From an uncultured delta proteobacterium (lineage in GTDB: Bacteria > Myxococcota > Myxococcia > Myxococcales > Myxococcaceae): a stretch of 64,000 nt of DNA. Under the pieces are notes generated by a model. It ran no database searches and was not told the origin of the DNA. It worked only from the letters and a program-made list of their open reading frames with translations. The first letter of the stretch is position 1. The number at the start of each line of letters is the position of its first letter. This document shows, piece after piece, positions 1-9,948 of the stretch. The translations under genes and the position numbers were made by a program. The DNA is taken from NCBI GenBank assembly GCA_963713045.1, contig CAVQKE010000003.1:832001-896000 (forward strand), read 5' to 3'.

Positions 1-186
1 CGCCGGGCCGGCCCCCATCAGGGCACGCAGGCCGGCAGTCCCGAAGGCCACCGGCCGCGCAAAGCGCTCCTCCAACTCGACAAAGCGTTCCAGCCGCACC
101 AACTCCTGCAGCTCTGCACGCGTCGCCGGGTCCGGGTCCCCGGCGAGCCAGGCTTCAATGGCCTCACACAACTCGGCGCGCGTCAT
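1..186 (-). CDS. Phosphohexomutase (PGM/PMM/phosphopentomutase family), N-terminal part; runs off the window edge
   Basis: Manual translation from ATG at 186: MTRAELCEAIEAWLAGDPDPATRAELQEL...ERFARPVAFGTAGLRALMGAG. FGTAGLR is the family's N-terminal signature; lies downstream of deoC. Confidence 0.85.
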   Translation of the reverse strand, partial: MTRAELCEAIEAWLAGDPDPATRAELQELVRLERFVELEERFARPVAFGTAGLRALMGAGPA

Positions 187-338
187 GTGTCGGCGCCCTG
201 GCGCGTCGGCCTGCCGGCCACAGGCGACTTGGGGGCGAAGCACTCTCCCTGGGGCGACTGTGGCTGAAAGCGCGGGCGGCTCCCACAGCTTTCGTGCCCA
301 ACCTCTCCGCCTCGAGTGACTGTCAATTACTGGACGAC

Positions 339-1160
339 TTACGGCGCGACAAGGGCAACCGAGGCGGACGTGCCAAGGCGGCTGGCGCCGGCCGCGATGA
401 AAGCCAGCGCCTGCGGGCGGGTGCGGACGCCGCCGGAGGCCTTCACGGCCAGGGCACCGCCGACGACGGCCCGGAGGAGCGCGACGTCCTCGGGGCGCGC
501 GCCCACTGCGGAAAACCCGGTGGCCGTCTTCACCGCGGCACAGCCCGCCACCAGGGCCAGTCCGGCGCCCAGCACCACCGCCCGCCGCTCCAGCAGTCCC
601 GTCTCAAGAATGAGTTTTACTGGCCAGGGCCAGGCGGCCTGCACCAAGGCCAGCATGTCCGCCAGCGCCGCCTCCACGTCGCCGGCGCGCAGTGGCCCGA
701 GGGCCGCCACGGCGTCCAACTCCCGTGCGCCGTCCGCCAGCGCCAGGCGCGCCTCCAGGGCTTTCACCTCTGGCTGGTGGGCCCCGTGCGGAAAGCCCAC
801 CACCGCAATCGGCACCACCGCTGAGGTGCCCAACGCCTGGGCGAGTCCGCGGACGTGCACCGGGTGAACGCAGGCGCCGCCGAAAGCCCAGGCGCGCGCC
901 TCAGCCGCCAGCTTTTGGACCTCCTCCGGCAGCGCATCCGGCCGCAACAGGGTGTGGTCGAGGTAGGGCGCCAATGCGGCCGGCGAAGCCAAGGCTTCCA
1001 GGGCCCCCTGGCCCCAGGGCAGCTGCTGCACCGGGCCGCCCGGACGCAGAAGGCCAAAGGCGGCGGGAGTCAGCGCGTGGGGAAACTCGGGCCCAGCCGG
1101 CCAGGCGGCCACCGCCGACGCCCAGGCACGGAGGGCCGGACTGTCGACGGGCCCACTCAC
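339..1160 (-). CDS. deoC: Deoxyribose-phosphate aldolase
   Basis: Motifs LDHTLLRP, VVGFPHG, VKLILETG, VKTATGF, VKASGGVR, RLGTS; about 60 aa N-terminal extension; GTGA overlap with the upstream gene. Confidence 0.95.
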   Translation of the reverse strand: MSGPVDSPALRAWASAVAAWPAGPEFPHALTPAAFGLLRPGGPVQQLPWGQGALEALASPAALAPYLDHTLLRPDALPEEVQKLAAEARAWAFGGACVHPVHVRGLAQALGTSAVVPIAVVGFPHGAHQPEVKALEARLALADGARELDAVAALGPLRAGDVEAALADMLALVQAAWPWPVKLILETGLLERRAVVLGAGLALVAGCAAVKTATGFSAVGARPEDVALLRAVVGGALAVKASGGVRTRPQALAFIAAGASRLGTSASVALVAP

Positions 1161-2443
1161 AACGTGGTGGTGAGGACCAGCGGAATTTCGACGTCCACGT
1201 CGGCACCGGTGAAGGAGGAGAAGACCATCCGCTTGGCCCGCGCCTTGAGGCAGCCGCCCAAGTCGGTACCGTCCAAGTCACGGCGGTCCAGCTGCACCTG
1301 CTTCACGGTGCCGGAGCTACCGACGGTGGCCACCAGGCTGACTTTTCCCCCGCGGAAACCGGGATTCTTCCGCAGCTGCTGCTCAATGCACGACTGGAAG
1401 GCGCTCTGCGCCTGGCCGACGACGCGCGCGACGTCCTCATTGCTGGGGCCGGCGCCACGCTGCGCCGCCGTGTCGGCTTCGGAGCGCCGAACGCGCGGAC
1501 CCACGTCGGGCTTTCGCCCATCGCCGTAAAGGGCCCGCAGCTCGGCCGTCTGGGCCCCGTCCTGAGGCGGTTTGGCAGCTGCCTTGGCCTCGGGCGGCGC
1601 CGGCTGGGCGTGCTTGGCGGGGACTTGGGGGGCTGGGGCCTCGGCCGGTTTTCCGAGAAGCATTTCCCGCAGCCGCTGCACCCGGGGCACCTTGGGCGGC
1701 GGGCCAGGCACCGGGGCCTGGTCGGCAGGTGTCTCCCCGTGGGCCTCGACCACCGCCGGCGGCTGGCGCAGGGACACCAGGAGGGCCAGGCCCCCCACCG
1801 GCAGCACCAACACCGCGCACAGCGCGAGGGCCAGCTTCCAGGGGCTGCTGCGGCGCAAGCCCTGGGGGATGTAGTCCGGCTCGGGCCGAGGCGTGCGCCC
1901 GCGAGGCCGCATGCGCGACAACTCCAGTTCCAGCTCCTCCTCCGCCGGGGGCCCGGAAACGGCCCTGGCGCGGGAGGGCGGGGTGGTGATGGCGGGGGGC
2001 GTGCTGCTGCGCGGCGGCGTGCGTGCCCCGGAGGGCGTCCGCCCCCGAGGCGGGGACAGGCCGTCGGCCGGCGTCAGGGGACCGTGGGGGGGCGTGCTGG
2101 GAAAGCCGGCCTGCTCCAGCACCGGGAGAAGCTCGGGCACTTCGAGGGCACGCCGCCACCCGTCAAAGCCGTCCCGCCAGACGAAGGTGCGGCCGTGCAC
2201 CTCGCCGCTGCGCACCCTCTCCACCAGGGCCTGGCCGTCCAGGGGGCCGGTTTGCTTGCCCTGGATGAGGATGAACCAGTCCGGGTCCGAGGGCACCGGG
2301 TCCGGCTCGGCGTCCTCCCAGGAAGCCGGTCCGGCGGAGACGCGGACGCGCGCCCCGCACTCCGGACACGTCACTGCCTCGGGCCGGTGCCCCCCCTCCG
2401 GCAGGGAGAGGGCTCGTCCACAGCTGTCGCAGGGAACAATCAA
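1157..2443 (-). CDS. Zn-ribbon + GYF_2 + TM + AgmX/PglI-like C-terminal domain membrane protein (GltJ/AgmX-like paralogue)
   Basis: CDSC...CPEC ribbon; WFILIQGKQTGP...FVWRDGFDGW (GYF_2); hydrophobic TM; C-terminal domain with FQSCIEQ...GGCL...VEIPLVL. Start placed at TTG 2443; ORF open to 2530. Confidence 0.75.
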   Translation of the reverse strand: MIVPCDSCGRALSLPEGGHRPEAVTCPECGARVRVSAGPASWEDAEPDPVPSDPDWFILIQGKQTGPLDGQALVERVRSGEVHGRTFVWRDGFDGWRRALEVPELLPVLEQAGFPSTPPHGPLTPADGLSPPRGRTPSGARTPPRSSTPPAITTPPSRARAVSGPPAEEELELELSRMRPRGRTPRPEPDYIPQGLRRSSPWKLALALCAVLVLPVGGLALLVSLRQPPAVVEAHGETPADQAPVPGPPPKVPRVQRLREMLLGKPAEAPAPQVPAKHAQPAPPEAKAAAKPPQDGAQTAELRALYGDGRKPDVGPRVRRSEADTAAQRGAGPSNEDVARVVGQAQSAFQSCIEQQLRKNPGFRGGKVSLVATVGSSGTVKQVQLDRRDLDGTDLGGCLKARAKRMVFSSFTGADVDVEIPLVLTTTL

Positions 2444-2473
2444 CGGGTCGGCCCCTATGGTAGCCGACGTCGG

Positions 2474-2502
2474 TTGACTTCGGGGGGGGACGCCACTAAG
2501 GA
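2474..2502 (+). promoter_or_regulatory. Putative sigma70-type promoter of the FYDLN gene
   Basis: TTGACT-N17-TAAGGA, 27 nt upstream of ATG 2530; the spacer contains a G8 run. Confidence 0.45.
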
Positions 2503-2529
2503 CGCCGCCCTTTAGACCAGGTGAGGGCA

Positions 2530-2805
2530 ATGCCCGCGAAGGACCTCGGCAGCAAGCACATCTGTTTCAAGTGTGGCACCAAGTTCTACGACCTCAAGAA
2601 GCCGGAGGCGCTTTGCCCGAAATGTGGGGCAGACCAAAAACAGAGTCCGGCCAATCGTCCGGCGCCTGAACCGCGCAAGGGCCGGCTGGCGGCGGTGCCG
2701 AAAGTCATTGAGCCGGTCGCGCCGGTCGAGCCCGAGGGCGTCGTCGAGGAAGAGGAGCTCGAGACCTTCGAGGACGAGGCCGAAGTGGAAGAGGACGAAG
2801 GCTAG
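2530..2805 (+). CDS. FYDLN acid-domain protein (TIGR02300-like)
   Basis: [33 protein letters not shown] followed by an acidic tail. Confidence 0.9.
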   Translation: MPAKDLGSKHICFKCGTKFYDLKKPEALCPKCGADQKQSPANRPAPEPRKGRLAAVPKVIEPVAPVEPEGVVEEEELETFEDEAEVEEDEG

Positions 2806-2808
2806 GGG

Positions 2809-3285
2809 CTACCCCCGGCTGGCGAGCCAGTCGGCGACGGCCTGTCCGGTGCCAAAGGGCCAGGGGCGAAGTCGCTCGGGCGGGACCGCGCGCAGCTCGG
2901 CAATCTCCTCGCCCAGCGCGACGGTGCCGGTGGCCCGGACGTGGTAGGCGAGAATGACTTCGTTGCGCTCGGCAAACGCATAGACGCCAATCAACCCCAC
3001 CACTTCTCCGGCCAGCCCGAGCTCCTCCTGAAGCTCGCGCAGCACCCCGGCGGCGGGCGTCTCCCCGCGCTCCAGAAAGCCGGCGACGAGGCCGAACCAC
3101 TTCTCCGGCCAGCCGCGGTTGCGGACCAGCAGCACCTGCCCCTGGTGCTCGACCAGCGCGGCCACCACCGGCAGGGGGTTGTTGTAGAAGACGAAACCGC
3201 AGTCCGCATCCGGGCACGCCCGCCGCGGACGACCGCCCTCTTCGCGCGCCTGTAGCGCGCGCGCGCAACGTGGACAGAAATTCAA
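2809..3285 (-). CDS. NUDIX hydrolase with N-terminal Zn ribbon
   Basis: MNFCPRC...CPDADCGFVFYNNP; Nudix box GFLERGETPAAGVLRELQEELG; TTGA overlap with the upstream gene. Confidence 0.9.
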   Translation of the reverse strand: MNFCPRCARALQAREEGGRPRRACPDADCGFVFYNNPLPVVAALVEHQGQVLLVRNRGWPEKWFGLVAGFLERGETPAAGVLRELQEELGLAGEVVGLIGVYAFAERNEVILAYHVRATGTVALGEEIAELRAVPPERLRPWPFGTGQAVADWLASRG

Positions 3286-4061
3286 AGCCTTTCTCCCAAC
3301 TCAAAGTCGCTGGCGGGCGCGCCCTCTGCCACCCGGACGGCCCGCGAGACTTCCGCCAGCCTCGGGTGCCACAGGTGCAACTCGTACTCCCCAGGGCTGA
3401 GCCCAGAAAGCCGGAAACGGCCGTCCAGACCGGTGGTGGTGAAGTGCGAATGGGCAAAGGTGCGGACGGTGGCGTGCATCCACGGGTGGACGTCGCAGCG
3501 AATGTCCAGCACGCCCGGCTGCGGGGGGAGGGGGCGGATGAGCTGCATCCCCTCGAGCGGCATGGCCAGGTTGAAGACACTCTGCCCTCCCTCAAATGCG
3601 TGGATGGTGTGGGTGAGGGGGTCGGAGTTGCGAATGCGCAACACACCCTGGGCACGGGCGGCAAGTACTGGCGGCCAGTAGAGGCACCCCCGTTGGTCGA
3701 GCACCTGCGGCTCCGCGTCCGCCGCAGGCGCTGCCTCCGCCGGGGCGTCCACCCACACCACCACGTCCGCCACGCCGCCTTCAGCGTCCAGCCGAAGCGA
3801 ATTGTCCACCACCGAGGTGCCGCAGGCGCTTTGGACTGACGCGGTGGTGGCCAGTGGGGGCAGTGCCGGCCGGGGCCCGCGCCACAAGGCGCGCCCAGCG
3901 AAGCTGGCTGAGGCGGGCTGGGCCGCGCCTGCGGGGCCCGAGGCGGGCTTCGGCTGGTCGGCTGCGCCCGGCCCGGCGTCTGCGGTCGAGCGCCTCGGTG
4001 GGTGACAACCGAGCAAAGCGGCACAGAAGGCCCCAGCAGCGAGTCGGACGACGTGGGTCAC
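3282..4061 (-). CDS. Lipoprotein with cupredoxin-like and carboxypeptidase-regulatory-like domains
   Basis: Lipobox AALLGC; DQRGCLY.P, NSDPLTHTIH, CDVHPWM; C-terminal GRFRLSGLSPGEYELHLWHP. Start GTG 4061 chosen; the longer ORF to 5126 is antisense to real genes. Confidence 0.75.
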   Translation of the reverse strand: MTHVVRLAAGAFCAALLGCHPPRRSTADAGPGAADQPKPASGPAGAAQPASASFAGRALWRGPRPALPPLATTASVQSACGTSVVDNSLRLDAEGGVADVVVWVDAPAEAAPAADAEPQVLDQRGCLYWPPVLAARAQGVLRIRNSDPLTHTIHAFEGGQSVFNLAMPLEGMQLIRPLPPQPGVLDIRCDVHPWMHATVRTFAHSHFTTTGLDGRFRLSGLSPGEYELHLWHPRLAEVSRAVRVAEGAPASDFELGERL

Positions 4062-4130
4062 GTGGGAGGCAAGCTTGCCATGCCGAAGAGGGCGTTGGCG
4101 CGCCGGGGGGTTGCTGTTAGAAGGCCCACC

Positions 4131-4877
4131 GTGCAGGACAAACTGATGGCCCTGGCAGAGCTCCAGAAGCTGGACCTGGAATCCGCCGCACTCCGCAAAG
4201 CTGCGGAGGTTTACCCGAGGCAGATGGCAGAGCTCGAGCGAGAGCTCGCCACCGCACGCGGGGCGATGGAAGCCGAACGCGCTCGGCTGCTGGACGTCGA
4301 GCGGCAACGGCGCACCCTCGAGCAGAACATCGCCGACGAGAAGGAAAAGGTGAAGAAGTGGGAGGGCCGTCTGGCCGAGCAGCGGTCGACCCGGGAATAC
4401 GCCGCGCTGGCCCGTGAAATCGACATCGCGAAGAAGGCCAACCTCACCATGGCCGAGGAGCTGGTCGAGCTCGGCAAGGCGATGGCCACCCTGCGCGAGG
4501 CGGTGAAGCAGAAGGAGCAGGAGCACCTGGCCCGGGTCGACCAAGTGGGCAGTCGGCTGGCCGAACTGCGTCGGGAGTCGGAAAGCTACAGCGCTCAAGT
4601 GAAGGGGATGGACGGCCGGCGCACGGCGGCCGCCTCGCGCGTCCACCCACCGCTGCTCCAGCGCTATGAAACGGTCCGGCGTAGGCGCATGCCGGCCCTG
4701 GTGACCGTGGTGGCCGGCACCTGTCAGGGCTGCAACATGAATGTGCCGCCCCAGCTGTACAACACGCTGAAGACGACGCTGGGGACAGACATCTGCCCGT
4801 CCTGTCACCGCATCATTTGCGCACCCGAGGCCATCGAGCCTGAGGCCATGGCCCGAGCCCCCGCCGCCAAGGGATGA
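4131..4877 (+). CDS. Coiled-coil protein with C4 Zn ribbon (DUF164/CT398-like)
   Basis: LAELQKLD N-terminus, long coiled coil, CQGCNMNVPPQ...CPSCHRII; ATGA overlap with rnhA. Confidence 0.9.
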   Translation: MQDKLMALAELQKLDLESAALRKAAEVYPRQMAELERELATARGAMEAERARLLDVERQRRTLEQNIADEKEKVKKWEGRLAEQRSTREYAALAREIDIAKKANLTMAEELVELGKAMATLREAVKQKEQEHLARVDQVGSRLAELRRESESYSAQVKGMDGRRTAAASRVHPPLLQRYETVRRRRMPALVTVVAGTCQGCNMNVPPQLYNTLKTTLGTDICPSCHRIICAPEAIEPEAMARAPAAKG

Positions 4878-5512
4878 GTCCCGAGCCGTCCCGGTCGGAG
4901 CTGCTGCGGGCCATTGCGCGCCTCGAGGGCCTGGAGGGAACGCTGCTCGCCCATCCGGGACTGACGCTGGAGCGAGCGCGCGGGCTGATTCGCGCCGCGG
5001 CCGGCGCCTTGGAGGCGGCGGACCTCTCCGCCTCGCCCTCCACCTCCCGGCCTGACACCAGCAGGGGCGCGGGGCGAACTGGCCACCACCCTCCTCGGCA
5101 GCTGCGCGTCTTCTCCGACGGGGCAAGCCGCGGAAACCCAGGGCCCGCCGGCGCCGGGGCCGTGCTGGCGTTGCCCTCGGGCGAGGTGGTGGAACGTCTG
5201 GGCCTGTTTCTCGGCCAGCAAACCAACAACCATGCCGAGTACATGGGCGCGCTCTTGGGGCTGCGACGTGCCCGCGCGCTGGGCGCGGAGGAGGTCGAGC
5301 TGGTGGCCGACAGCCAACTCCTCATCCGCCAGCTGGGCGGGCGCTACCAGGTGAAGAGCAAGACTTTGCGCCCTCTCTACGAGGAGGCCCGCGCGCTGTT
5401 GGCCTCCTTTGCGCGGCACCGCCTCACCCACCTGCCCCGCGAGGAGAACCGCGAGGCGGATGAGATGAGCAACCGCGCCATTGACGAAAGGCTGGACGGC
5501 GGCCCGGTTTAG
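4874..5512 (+). CDS. rnhA: Ribonuclease HI (archaeal/actinobacterial-like type) with N-terminal extension
   Basis: FSDGASRGNPGPAGAG, TNNHAEY, ADSQLLIRQ, REENREADEMSN. Confidence 0.9.
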   Translation: MSPEPSRSELLRAIARLEGLEGTLLAHPGLTLERARGLIRAAAGALEAADLSASPSTSRPDTSRGAGRTGHHPPRQLRVFSDGASRGNPGPAGAGAVLALPSGEVVERLGLFLGQQTNNHAEYMGALLGLRRARALGAEEVELVADSQLLIRQLGGRYQVKSKTLRPLYEEARALLASFARHRLTHLPREENREADEMSNRAIDERLDGGPV

Positions 5513-5584
5513 ACTGCCTGCGGCCCCCCGGGGCACGGTGGGCTGCTGGCGTCCTGGGGGCGCCTCCTGCTAGAGGCTAGCGTT

Positions 5585-5989
<405 letters not shown>

Positions 5990-5997
5990 GCTGTTTG

Positions 5998-6543
5998 TTA
6001 GGGCTGCACCAGAAGCCGCGCCAAGAGCACGCGGTTGTTGTCGGTGCGCACCATGTCCGGCGCCTTCACCGGTAGCCGGGCGTCGGTGCGGGGCAGCCAG
6101 AATCCCACCCACAAGTCCATGCCCCGCTGCGTGCTGCCCGCCGGCAGGCCGACGGCGAAGGTGTCCTCGATGGTTTCCCCCACCCGCCAGCTGCTGGTGG
6201 GGCGGAGGCCGCCCGCCGGTGCATGGTCGAAATTGGCGCGTGGGGCTTTGCCGTCCGGGTCCTCGGCGTGGACAAACACCTCCCAGTCTTGGGGCAAGGG
6301 CTGAAGCACGCGGAAGTACAGCTTCACCTCAGTCACATCTCCCGGGGTGAGGAGTGGCGGATTGAAGGAGGCGGCCATCAGCTCCACCTTCCCGTCGAAG
6401 ATGGAGCCATTGCGGACGCCGGCAGGCCGGCTACCCGGCCGAGCCGCCGTCACCGGGGCGCCAGGGGACTGCTTGTCGCCGCCCGGCGCTTCGACGATGC
6501 AGCCGAGGGGAAGGAGGGCAAAGAGGAGGCGGAGGTGTCGCAT
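5998..6543 (-). CDS. Hypothetical lipoprotein with beta-sandwich domain
   Basis: MRHLRLLFALLPLGC lipobox; WEVFVH...FDHAPAGG...TSSWRVGETIED motif. Confidence 0.75.
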   Translation of the reverse strand: MRHLRLLFALLPLGCIVEAPGGDKQSPGAPVTAARPGSRPAGVRNGSIFDGKVELMAASFNPPLLTPGDVTEVKLYFRVLQPLPQDWEVFVHAEDPDGKAPRANFDHAPAGGLRPTSSWRVGETIEDTFAVGLPAGSTQRGMDLWVGFWLPRTDARLPVKAPDMVRTDNNRVLLARLLVQP

Positions 6544-6616
6544 GGGCGTGTGGCTGACTCCCTTAGGCTGCTCGACGCTGCAACCGCTAGCGTCTTGTTG
6601 TATTCGAGGCGCCCCC

Positions 6617-8050
6617 ATGCTGGCCGCCCCTGTCCGCCTGCTTGCCCTGCCCATGCCCACTTGGGTGGAAGCGGCGGCGGCCGCCGCCCTGCTGCTGCTG
6701 TTGGCCCTGGCCATCCTGCTGTGGCGGCGGCGCGTCGGCGGCCCCGGCGAGGCGTCGGCCAAGCTTCCTCCGTCCCCTGAGGAAAGCCCCGAGGCGCTGC
6801 GGTACCGGGCCGAGGCCCAAGCCGCCCGAGAGCGGGCGGCCGCCCTGGCGCAGCAGCGGAGCGGCCGGGCCACTGCCGCCGAGCGCGCGCAAGACGCCAC
6901 CACCCGGACGGCACTGGAAGCCGAAGCCCGCCGCTTGAAGGCCTCCGAAGAGGAGGCCAAGCGGGAGGCCTACCGGGCAGAGAAAGCCGCGGAACAGGAG
7001 GCCCGGAGCCGCCGCGCTGCCGAGCAACAAGAGGCCGCCCGCCGCGAGGAATTGGCTGCCGCCGAGGCGCGGGCCGAGGCGGTCCGGCGCGCCCAGGCCG
7101 AGGCGGCCGCAAGCCAGGCGCGGCTGCAGGCCGAAGCCGGACAGACGCTGGCGGCTGGCCTCGAGCGCACGCGCTCCCAGGGTTTCGTGGCGCGCCTCAA
7201 CGGCGTCCTCGGCGCAAACCGCAAAGTCGACGCCGCCGTGCTGGCTGAGCTGGAGGAGGCCCTCTTCGGGGCGGACATTGGAGTCCGGACGGCGGCCCGG
7301 CTGGTAGAGACGGCGCGCGAGCAGGCCCGAAGCGGCGAGATGGCCGACGCCCCCCGCGTCAAGGCCCTCATCGAGGCAGAAGTGGCGCGCATTGTGGAGC
7401 TGCCCGTGCCGCGCTCGCTCGAAGGCGGCGGGCCGCCACACGTGGTGATGGTGGTGGGCGTCAACGGCACCGGCAAGACCACCACCATCGGCAAGCTGGC
7501 GGCGCGGCTGACGTCCGCCGGAAAGCGCGTGGTGCTTGCCGCGGGGGACACCTTTCGAGCGGCGGCCACCGAGCAGCTCGACGTCTGGGCGGCCCGGGCC
7601 GGGGCTTCCCTGGTGAAGGGCGCTGAAGATTCGGACCCGGGCGCGGTGGTCTACGAAGCCGTGAAGCAGGCGGTGGCAACCCAGGCTGACGTGGTGCTGG
7701 CGGACACCGCCGGCCGCCTCCACACCAAGGCGCCCCTCATGGAGGAGCTGCAAAAAATCAAACGCGTCCTGGGCAAGGCCCTTCCGGGCGCCCCGCATGA
7801 GGTTCTGCTGGTCCTGGACGCGACGGTGGGACAAAACGCCATTGCCCAGGCGATGCGCTTTCACCAGGCGGTGGGCGTCACCTCCATCGTCCTCACCAAG
7901 CTGGACGGCACGGCCAAGGGCGGCGTCATCATCGGCATCGCTGACGAACTCAAGCTGCCCGTCTCCTGGGTGGGTGTGGGAGAGAAGGCGGCGGACCTCC
8001 ACCGCTTCTCGGCGGCCGATTTCGTCCAGGCCCTGTTTGCGCCGCCCTAG
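6617..8050 (+). CDS. ftsY: SRP receptor FtsY with N-terminal TM and Ala/Glu coiled coil
   Basis: [32 protein letters not shown]. Start is 6617 or 6653. Confidence 0.96.
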   Translation: MLAAPVRLLALPMPTWVEAAAAAALLLLLALAILLWRRRVGGPGEASAKLPPSPEESPEALRYRAEAQAARERAAALAQQRSGRATAAERAQDATTRTALEAEARRLKASEEEAKREAYRAEKAAEQEARSRRAAEQQEAARREELAAAEARAEAVRRAQAEAAASQARLQAEAGQTLAAGLERTRSQGFVARLNGVLGANRKVDAAVLAELEEALFGADIGVRTAARLVETAREQARSGEMADAPRVKALIEAEVARIVELPVPRSLEGGGPPHVVMVVGVNGTGKTTTIGKLAARLTSAGKRVVLAAGDTFRAAATEQLDVWAARAGASLVKGAEDSDPGAVVYEAVKQAVATQADVVLADTAGRLHTKAPLMEELQKIKRVLGKALPGAPHEVLLVLDATVGQNAIAQAMRFHQAVGVTSIVLTKLDGTAKGGVIIGIADELKLPVSWVGVGEKAADLHRFSAADFVQALFAPP

Positions 8051-8066
8051 CGCTGGGGCCAGGGGC

Positions 8067-9749
8067 CTACTGCTCCATTTGGCGGATCAGCTTCTCCACC
8101 TCCTCGAAGGCGGGCAGGCCCGCCGCGTCCTCGGCGCCGAGGTCTTCGTCCCCATGCGCCTCGGACCACCAGCGCCGCTGCAGCGCGCGCAGCGCCTGGG
8201 CCTGCCCCGGGTGCCGCTGCGCCAGCAAGTCGGTGAGGCTGCTCGAGTCGGCCCAGCCCCAGCGGTGGGCATCGACGTAGGCGCGCAAGTCCCGAACGAA
8301 GGCACTGTCGCCCAACATCGCGCGTTGACGGGCGTGGAGACCGGGTGCCTTGCCGTAGACCAGCGCGGCGTAGCTCGTCTCGTCTGCGAAGGCGGACGTC
8401 GCTCGGTCCGCGGCAGCGTCCTGTCCCCCGAGCGCCCGCCACATGTGGTAGCCGCCACTCACCTGCTGGGCGTCCACCGCCCGGGCGGCCTCCGCGCCGT
8501 GCGTCCACTCGACGGCCAGCAGCGCCACCGCCTGGGCCAGCGCCTCGTCCACCACGGGCGCGGCGATGGGGTCCGAGCCAACCAGGCCCGGAAACCACTG
8601 GTGGGCAAGCTCATGGGCGAGGGCGAAGTCGAGTAGCTCCCCGAACATGTCCGTTGCGCCCGGGGGCAGCTCGCTTTCGGAGATGCCGAGCGCCTGACCG
8701 GGATGTTCCACCAGCAGCACCAGCGGCGTGGACACCGTCACCAGGCCCGGAAATTCCATGCCGCCCGCCCCGCCGCTGAGTGGCGCGGCCACCACCCGCA
8801 GCGTGCGGTAGGGGGTGGGGCCGAGGCGGGCTTCCATCGCTTCAAGAAGGCCCGCGGCCTCGTCCAACAGGTGCTCGGCCGCGCGCGCCAGCTGCGCCGG
8901 GAAGAAGCTTTCGATGGTGAGGCCGGACAGCTCGCGCCGCGCGCTGCGGTAGCCATGCGTGACCAGGAGCACCACGTCTCGACTGGCAGCAATCCCGAAG
9001 CGAAAGCGGGTGCCGCCCTTGTCGGCCGGCGTCTCGCCGAGGGCCACCCCCGCCGACACCGCCTGCCAGCCGGCGGGCACGGTGACGGACAGCAGGACAT
9101 TGGCCGGGTCATACAGGGCGAGGTCGCCAATGCCGCTGGGGCCCGCGCCGTGGCTGCCGTCGGGCAAGGTGACCGGGGGCCTTGGAAGAATGCCCACCAG
9201 GCTGAGTGCGTCCGGCTGTGCACTGAAGGCACCGTGGTCGGCTTGGTGGCCCGAGCTGTCCGCGGACAGGGCTGAGAGGACGGAGGTGTCGGCCGCTCCC
9301 CGCGGAACGCGGGCCGACAACTGAAGCTCCACCCGCGCGAGCTCGCCCGCCGGAAGCGGCCTCGGGAATTCCACCCGCACCACGTCCTCCGTCACCGGGA
9401 CCAAGGTGGCGACTTCGCCATTCACCAGCGGTTGGTGGAGGCGCACCGGGTTACCGCCGAAGGCATTTGGCGTCAGGCGAAGTTCTAGGGAGCGGCTCGG
9501 CGTCTTGGGTGTCCAGCTGAGGGACACCTTGCCCACCACGCTGCGGTTCTCTGGGTCCACCGAAAGGTCCGCCTGGAGGAAGGGCAAGGCGGCCAGGGGG
9601 CCAAGCACGGCCTCGGCGCGAGCACGTTCGCCCTCTCGCAGCGACGTCAGGCAGGCCTGCACCTCGGGCGACGGCAGCTGGTCAGCGGCGCCTGCTGTCG
9701 ACGGAAGGGCGACCCACAGCGCAAGGAAGGAAGCGGCAGCGGCGCGCAT
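8067..9749 (-). CDS. Secreted M1-family (gluzincin) aminopeptidase
   Basis: Signal peptide MRAAAASFLALW; GGMEFPG, HELAHQWF, DEALAQ, VYGK. Confidence 0.88.
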   Translation of the reverse strand: MRAAAASFLALWVALPSTAGAADQLPSPEVQACLTSLREGERARAEAVLGPLAALPFLQADLSVDPENRSVVGKVSLSWTPKTPSRSLELRLTPNAFGGNPVRLHQPLVNGEVATLVPVTEDVVRVEFPRPLPAGELARVELQLSARVPRGAADTSVLSALSADSSGHQADHGAFSAQPDALSLVGILPRPPVTLPDGSHGAGPSGIGDLALYDPANVLLSVTVPAGWQAVSAGVALGETPADKGGTRFRFGIAASRDVVLLVTHGYRSARRELSGLTIESFFPAQLARAAEHLLDEAAGLLEAMEARLGPTPYRTLRVVAAPLSGGAGGMEFPGLVTVSTPLVLLVEHPGQALGISESELPPGATDMFGELLDFALAHELAHQWFPGLVGSDPIAAPVVDEALAQAVALLAVEWTHGAEAARAVDAQQVSGGYHMWRALGGQDAAADRATSAFADETSYAALVYGKAPGLHARQRAMLGDSAFVRDLRAYVDAHRWGWADSSSLTDLLAQRHPGQAQALRALQRRWWSEAHGDEDLGAEDAAGLPAFEEVEKLIRQMEQ

Positions 9750-9850
9750 GGAGGGCAGCGCCCATGCTAACAGCGCCACCCGCACGCGCGCGCCTTGGGC
9801 CCAAGGGGTGTGTGGTTCGCCCTCCTCCCTTTTCCGCCTGGTGGACTCAG

Positions 9851-9948
9851 GGCTGGTGCCGTCCCCCCTTGGGTAGGCAGAGGCCTCACCCCCTGGGGTT
9901 TTCGTCGACCATGGCGGACGGCCGCCACCGGGGGGGGGGCACCAAGCC
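9851..9948. other. Candidate structured intergenic RNA/DNA element
   Basis: Outer stem GGCT-GGTGCC-GT-CCCCCC / G10-CACC-AAGCC encloses hairpins at 9871-9891 and 9912-9927. Family not recognised. Confidence 0.35.

Noticed and set aside
692..2515. Long alternative-frame/antisense ORFs (607 aa here; also 17075-19018, 21334-23253, 38563-40986, 48793-51351)
   Set aside because: Shadow ORFs expected at high GC; Arg/Gly/Pro-rich with no motifs, and they overlap well-supported genes.
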